The notes under the pieces were generated by a model, which saw nothing but the letters and a program-made list of their open reading frames with translations, ran no database searches and was not told the DNA's origin. A stretch of 63,281 nt of DNA, counting the filler, from Actinomycetota bacterium (GTDB lineage Bacteria; Actinomycetota; Acidimicrobiia; IMCC26256; VFJJ01): NCBI GenBank assembly GCA_009886115.1. It is 4 parts of 4 records of this genome, joined end to end, with 100 filler letters (N's around TTAATTAATTAA, not from the genome) between each part and the next. Parts side by side here need not be neighbours in the genome. Positions count along the whole stretch, not along the records: positions 56,292 to 63,281 come from VFJJ01000144.1; 3 more parts are not named here. One strand, written 5' to 3'. Shown piece after piece: positions 59,915-63,281 of this stretch (position 1 is the first letter of the stretch; each line of letters starts with the position of its first letter). Both the position numbers and the translations under genes were made by a program.

Positions 59915-60751
59915 GTGAGTGCCCATGCCCAGCTCGCCGCCACGATCGCGTCACTGTGGGAGCACCGCGACGACATCGAAGCCCACATGCCCAAGGGCCA
60001 GGCGCTCGAGGCCGTGAACGAGACCATCGCCCTGCTCGACTCGGGAGCAGTGCGGGTCGCCGAGCTGGTCGACGGCGAGGTGATCGTGCACCAGTGGGCC
60101 AAGCAGGCCATCCTGCTCATGTTCCGGCTGCGCGACATGGAGACGACCGAGCTCGGCCCCTTCGAGTACGTCGACAAGGTGCCACTCAAGCACGACTACG
60201 CCGCCGCCCGGGTCCGGGTGGTGCCGGGGGCGTCGGCCCGCTGGGGTGCGCATCTCGAACCGGGCGTCGTGATGATGCCGTCCTACGTCAACATCGGCGC
60301 CCGGGTCGGAGCGGGCACGATGGTCGACACCTGGGCCACGGTGGGCTCGTGCGCCCAGATCGGCGCCCGGGTGCATCTCTCGGGAGGGGTCGGCATCGGC
60401 GGCGTCCTCGAACCACCCCAGGCGGCCCCGGTCTTCGTGGGCGACGACACGATGATCGGTTCCCGGTGCATCGTGGCCGAAGGCGCCCGGGTCGGACAGG
60501 GCGTCGTGCTCGGTGCCGGCGCCATCTTGACCGGATCGATCCCGGTGATCGACGCCCAGACCGGAGCCGAGCTGAGCCGCGGCATCGTGCCCGACTGGTG
60601 CGTCGCGGTCTCGGCCACCCGGTCGCGCACCTTCGCCGGCGGCGAGTTCGGCATGCCCTGCGTCCTCGTCGTCAAGCGCCTGACCGAGGGTGAACGCCAC
60701 GACAAGGCCCAGCTCAACGACATCCTTCGCGACCACGGGGTCGCGACCTGA
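59915..60751 (+). CDS. dapD: Tetrahydrodipicolinate N-succinyltransferase
   Basis: DKVPLK, RVVP, MPSYVNIGA, MVDTWATVGSCAQIG, GIGGVLEP. Confidence 0.96.
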   Translation: MSAHAQLAATIASLWEHRDDIEAHMPKGQALEAVNETIALLDSGAVRVAELVDGEVIVHQWAKQAILLMFRLRDMETTELGPFEYVDKVPLKHDYAAARVRVVPGASARWGAHLEPGVVMMPSYVNIGARVGAGTMVDTWATVGSCAQIGARVHLSGGVGIGGVLEPPQAAPVFVGDDTMIGSRCIVAEGARVGQGVVLGAGAILTGSIPVIDAQTGAELSRGIVPDWCVAVSATRSRTFAGGEFGMPCVLVVKRLTEGERHDKAQLNDILRDHGVAT

Positions 60752-61905
60752 TGTCTCGTCCCGGGGCCGGGCTGGAGCCTCACGTCGCACGAGCGCTCGT
60801 CGCGGTCTGTGAGCTCCCGTCCGACGACCTGCTCGCCCTCACGGCCGCGCTGGTCGAGGTCCCCTCCGTGTCGCATCACGAGGCCCTCCTCGCCGATCTC
60901 GTCGAAGCCCGCCTCCGGGCGCGGGCTCCTCGGCTCAGTGTCGAGCGGTTCGAGAACAACGTCGTCGCCCGCACCACGCTCGGGCGCTCGCGCCGCGTCG
61001 TGCTCGCGGGGCATCTCGACACCGTCCCGGCCAACGACAACGAACGGGCCGAGATCGTGGGGTCCACGCTGCGGGGCCTGGGCGCAGCCGACATGAAGGG
61101 AGGGCTCGCGGCCATGCTGGCCCTCGCTGAAGCCGCCAGCCACGACTCCGAAGGCCTCGCGCTCGACCTCACGGTCGTGTTCTACGAGGGGGAGGAGGTC
61201 GCCGACGAGTTCAACGGGTTGGGCCGGCTGTTCACCCATCGGCCCGAGCTCGCGGCCGGCGATTTCGCCGTCGCGCTCGAACCGACCGATGGGCGCGTCG
61301 AAGCGGGCTGTCAGGGCACGATCCATCTGCGAGTCACGACGAACGGGGCCCGGGCCCACAGCGCCCGTCCCTGGATGGGTGACAACGCGATCCACGCCAT
61401 GGTCCCGGTCGTCGAGCGGGTGTCGGCCTTCGGCACCCCCCGGGTCGAGATCGACGGGCTCGAGTACCGCGAGGCGATGCAGGTGGTACGCATCGAGGGC
61501 GGGATTGCCAACAACGTGGTGCCCGACCGGTGCTCGATCGTGGTCAACCGCCGGTACGCGCCTCGGATGACCCTCGAGCACGCCGTCGAGGAGTCGATCG
61601 CGCTCCTCGTGGGTGACACGACCTCGGCGTCGAAGCCCGAGGTCGAGCTCGTGGCCGCGTCCGGGGGCGCCCATCCGAACCTCGGTGATCCGCTCGTGGC
61701 CGGCTTCATCCGCCATACGGGGGTGGAGGTGCTGCCCAAGCTGGGCTGGACCGACGTGGCCCGCTTCGCGGCTCACGGGATCCCGGCGGTGAACTTCGGT
61801 CCCGGCGATCCGGCGATCGCCCACACGGCCGGGGAATGGGTCGACGGGGGTGCGATCGAGCGCTGCCGCGACCTGCTCGACCGGTACCTGCGGTCGCCTC
61901 GCTGA
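60751..61905 (+). CDS. dapE: Succinyl-diaminopimelate desuccinylase
   Basis: GHLDTVP, DMKGG, GEE, HSARPWMG, GWTDVARF, GPGDP.IAH. Confidence 0.94.
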   Translation: MSRPGAGLEPHVARALVAVCELPSDDLLALTAALVEVPSVSHHEALLADLVEARLRARAPRLSVERFENNVVARTTLGRSRRVVLAGHLDTVPANDNERAEIVGSTLRGLGAADMKGGLAAMLALAEAASHDSEGLALDLTVVFYEGEEVADEFNGLGRLFTHRPELAAGDFAVALEPTDGRVEAGCQGTIHLRVTTNGARAHSARPWMGDNAIHAMVPVVERVSAFGTPRVEIDGLEYREAMQVVRIEGGIANNVVPDRCSIVVNRRYAPRMTLEHAVEESIALLVGDTTSASKPEVELVAASGGAHPNLGDPLVAGFIRHTGVEVLPKLGWTDVARFAAHGIPAVNFGPGDPAIAHTAGEWVDGGAIERCRDLLDRYLRSPR

Positions 61906-62528
61906 TGGTGCTGCCGAGCAGCTACGACCGGTTCGTCAGCCAGGCCCGCGAGCGGGTGGCGGGCTTCTCGTGGACCTCGGCCGACGGGGCGGGGCGCCGT
62001 GCCGCCGTGGCGGTGGTCATCGTCCCCGATGCCTCCGGCGGGCCCCATTTCCTCATCACCCGGCGGGCCTCGAGGCTCTCGAGCCACGCAGCGCAGTGGG
62101 CGCTTCCCGGTGGCCGGCTCGACGACGGCGAGAGCCCGGAGGACGCCGCCCGGCGCGAGCTGCACGAGGAGCTCGGCGTGGATCTCGGACCGGCTGCGGT
62201 GCTCGGACGCCTCGACGACCTTCCCACCCGATCGGGGTACGTGATCACGCCGGTTGTGATGGCTGCCACCGGGACCGTGGTTCTCGAGCCCAACCCCGCC
62301 GAGGTGGCGGCGGCGCACCTGGTCGCGATCGCCGAGCTGTCGCGTCCCGGAGTGCCACGTTTCGTGCGCATTCCCGAGAGCGACCGCCCGGTGATCCAAT
62401 TCCCGCTGTTGGGCAGCGTGATCCACGCGCCCACGGGGGCCGTCCTCTACCAGTTTCGCGATCTCGTCGTCTCGGGCACCACGACGAGGGTCGCCGACCT
62501 GGAATCGCCGGTGTGGGCCTGGCGCTGA
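61905..62528 (+). CDS. NUDIX hydrolase, CoA pyrophosphatase-like
   Basis: LSSHAAQWALPGGR...AARRELHEELG, NPAEV. Confidence 0.9.
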   Translation: MVLPSSYDRFVSQARERVAGFSWTSADGAGRRAAVAVVIVPDASGGPHFLITRRASRLSSHAAQWALPGGRLDDGESPEDAARRELHEELGVDLGPAAVLGRLDDLPTRSGYVITPVVMAATGTVVLEPNPAEVAAAHLVAIAELSRPGVPRFVRIPESDRPVIQFPLLGSVIHAPTGAVLYQFRDLVVSGTTTRVADLESPVWAWR

Positions 62529-62565
62529 TCGGATCGATGACGAGATCGATCACCACCAGGCGGGC

Positions 62566-63192
62566 TCAGAGGCGGCGCAGCACCGTGACGACCTTGCCGA
62601 AGATCGTGACCTCCTCGGCCGGGTACACGAGGTCGTCGAGACGGGCGTTGGCCGGCTTGAGCACGATCGACGCGCCCCGACGGCCGAAGGTCTTGACCGT
62701 GGCCTCTTCCCCGGGGATTCCGGCCACGACGATGTCGCCGGCCTGGGCCGTCGGCTGGTGGCGCACCACGACGTAGTCGCCGTCGAGGATGCCGGCGTCG
62801 ATCATGGAATCGCCCCGGACCTTGAGCATGAAGAGATCGCCGTCGCCCGTGAAGTCCTCGGGAAGCGGCAGGACCTCCTCGACGTTCTCGGCGGCGAGCA
62901 CCCCGGTGCCGGCCGCAACGTGGCCGACGAGGGGGACATGGCGGGTCGGACGTCGCTCGAGCTGGGCCCCCGACGCCGATTCGTAGTGCACCTCGATGGC
63001 GCGGGGCTTGGTGGGGTCACGGCGGAGAAAGCCCTTGTCCTGCAGCGATGCGAGGTGTGCGTGCACCGTGGAGGTGGAGGTGAGGCCGACGGCCTGACCG
63101 ATCTCGCGCACACTGGGTGGGAAGCCTCGCTGGCGGACCTCGGCGTCGATGAACTCGAGGATCTGACGCTGCCGGGACGTGAGCTCGGTCAT
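62566..63192 (-). CDS. lexA: SOS repressor LexA
   Basis: PPSVREIG, STSTVHAHL, VAAG cleavage site, GDSM, ATVK. Confidence 0.97.
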   Translation of the reverse strand: MTELTSRQRQILEFIDAEVRQRGFPPSVREIGQAVGLTSTSTVHAHLASLQDKGFLRRDPTKPRAIEVHYESASGAQLERRPTRHVPLVGHVAAGTGVLAAENVEEVLPLPEDFTGDGDLFMLKVRGDSMIDAGILDGDYVVVRHQPTAQAGDIVVAGIPGEEATVKTFGRRGASIVLKPANARLDDLVYPAEEVTIFGKVVTVLRRL

Positions 63193-63228
63193 CGGGGCCC
63201 TCTCGGTCGACCCGGTCGGTACCGGGTG

Positions 63229-63257
63229 CAGGTACAGGTACAGGTACAGGTACAGGT
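63229..63257. repeat. CAGGTA hexamer tandem repeat (about 5 copies) upstream of lexA
   Basis: caggta caggta caggta caggta caggt. Confidence 0.85.
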
Positions 63258-63281
63258 GGTCCTGAGCACCGTATCACGATC

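Overview
High-GC actinobacterial window; gene content and order suggest Acidimicrobiia (inference). It is four contigs joined by artificial N/TTAATTAATTAA linkers (25101-25200, 36764-36863, 56192-56291), so adjacency across those joins is meaningless. Contig 1 holds a tyrosine integrase start beside tRNA-Glu/tRNA-Gln, gltX, a cold-shock gene, a DUF35-thiolase fusion, a VapBC-type toxin-antitoxin pair, and the branched-chain amino acid region (leuB-ilvE-cimA, IclR/leuCD, leuA, serA) with two unannotated leader-peptide attenuators. Contig 2 holds a frameshifted S8 protease, DUF1385-rpmE-rho, an ApgM-like enzyme and secreted propeller proteins. Contig 3 has the most unusual locus, a compact cyclic-nucleotide signalling module: membrane GAF histidine kinase, receiver/degenerate LuxR-HTH/class III cyclase fusion, non-CRP cNMP-binding protein, MBL-fold hydrolase, and MacB/FtsX-type ABC genes with two decayed permease paralogues; catabolic genes follow. 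Contig 4 is dapF-hflX-dapC-dapD-dapE-NUDIX and lexA. All calls come from motifs read by eye; no database search was run.
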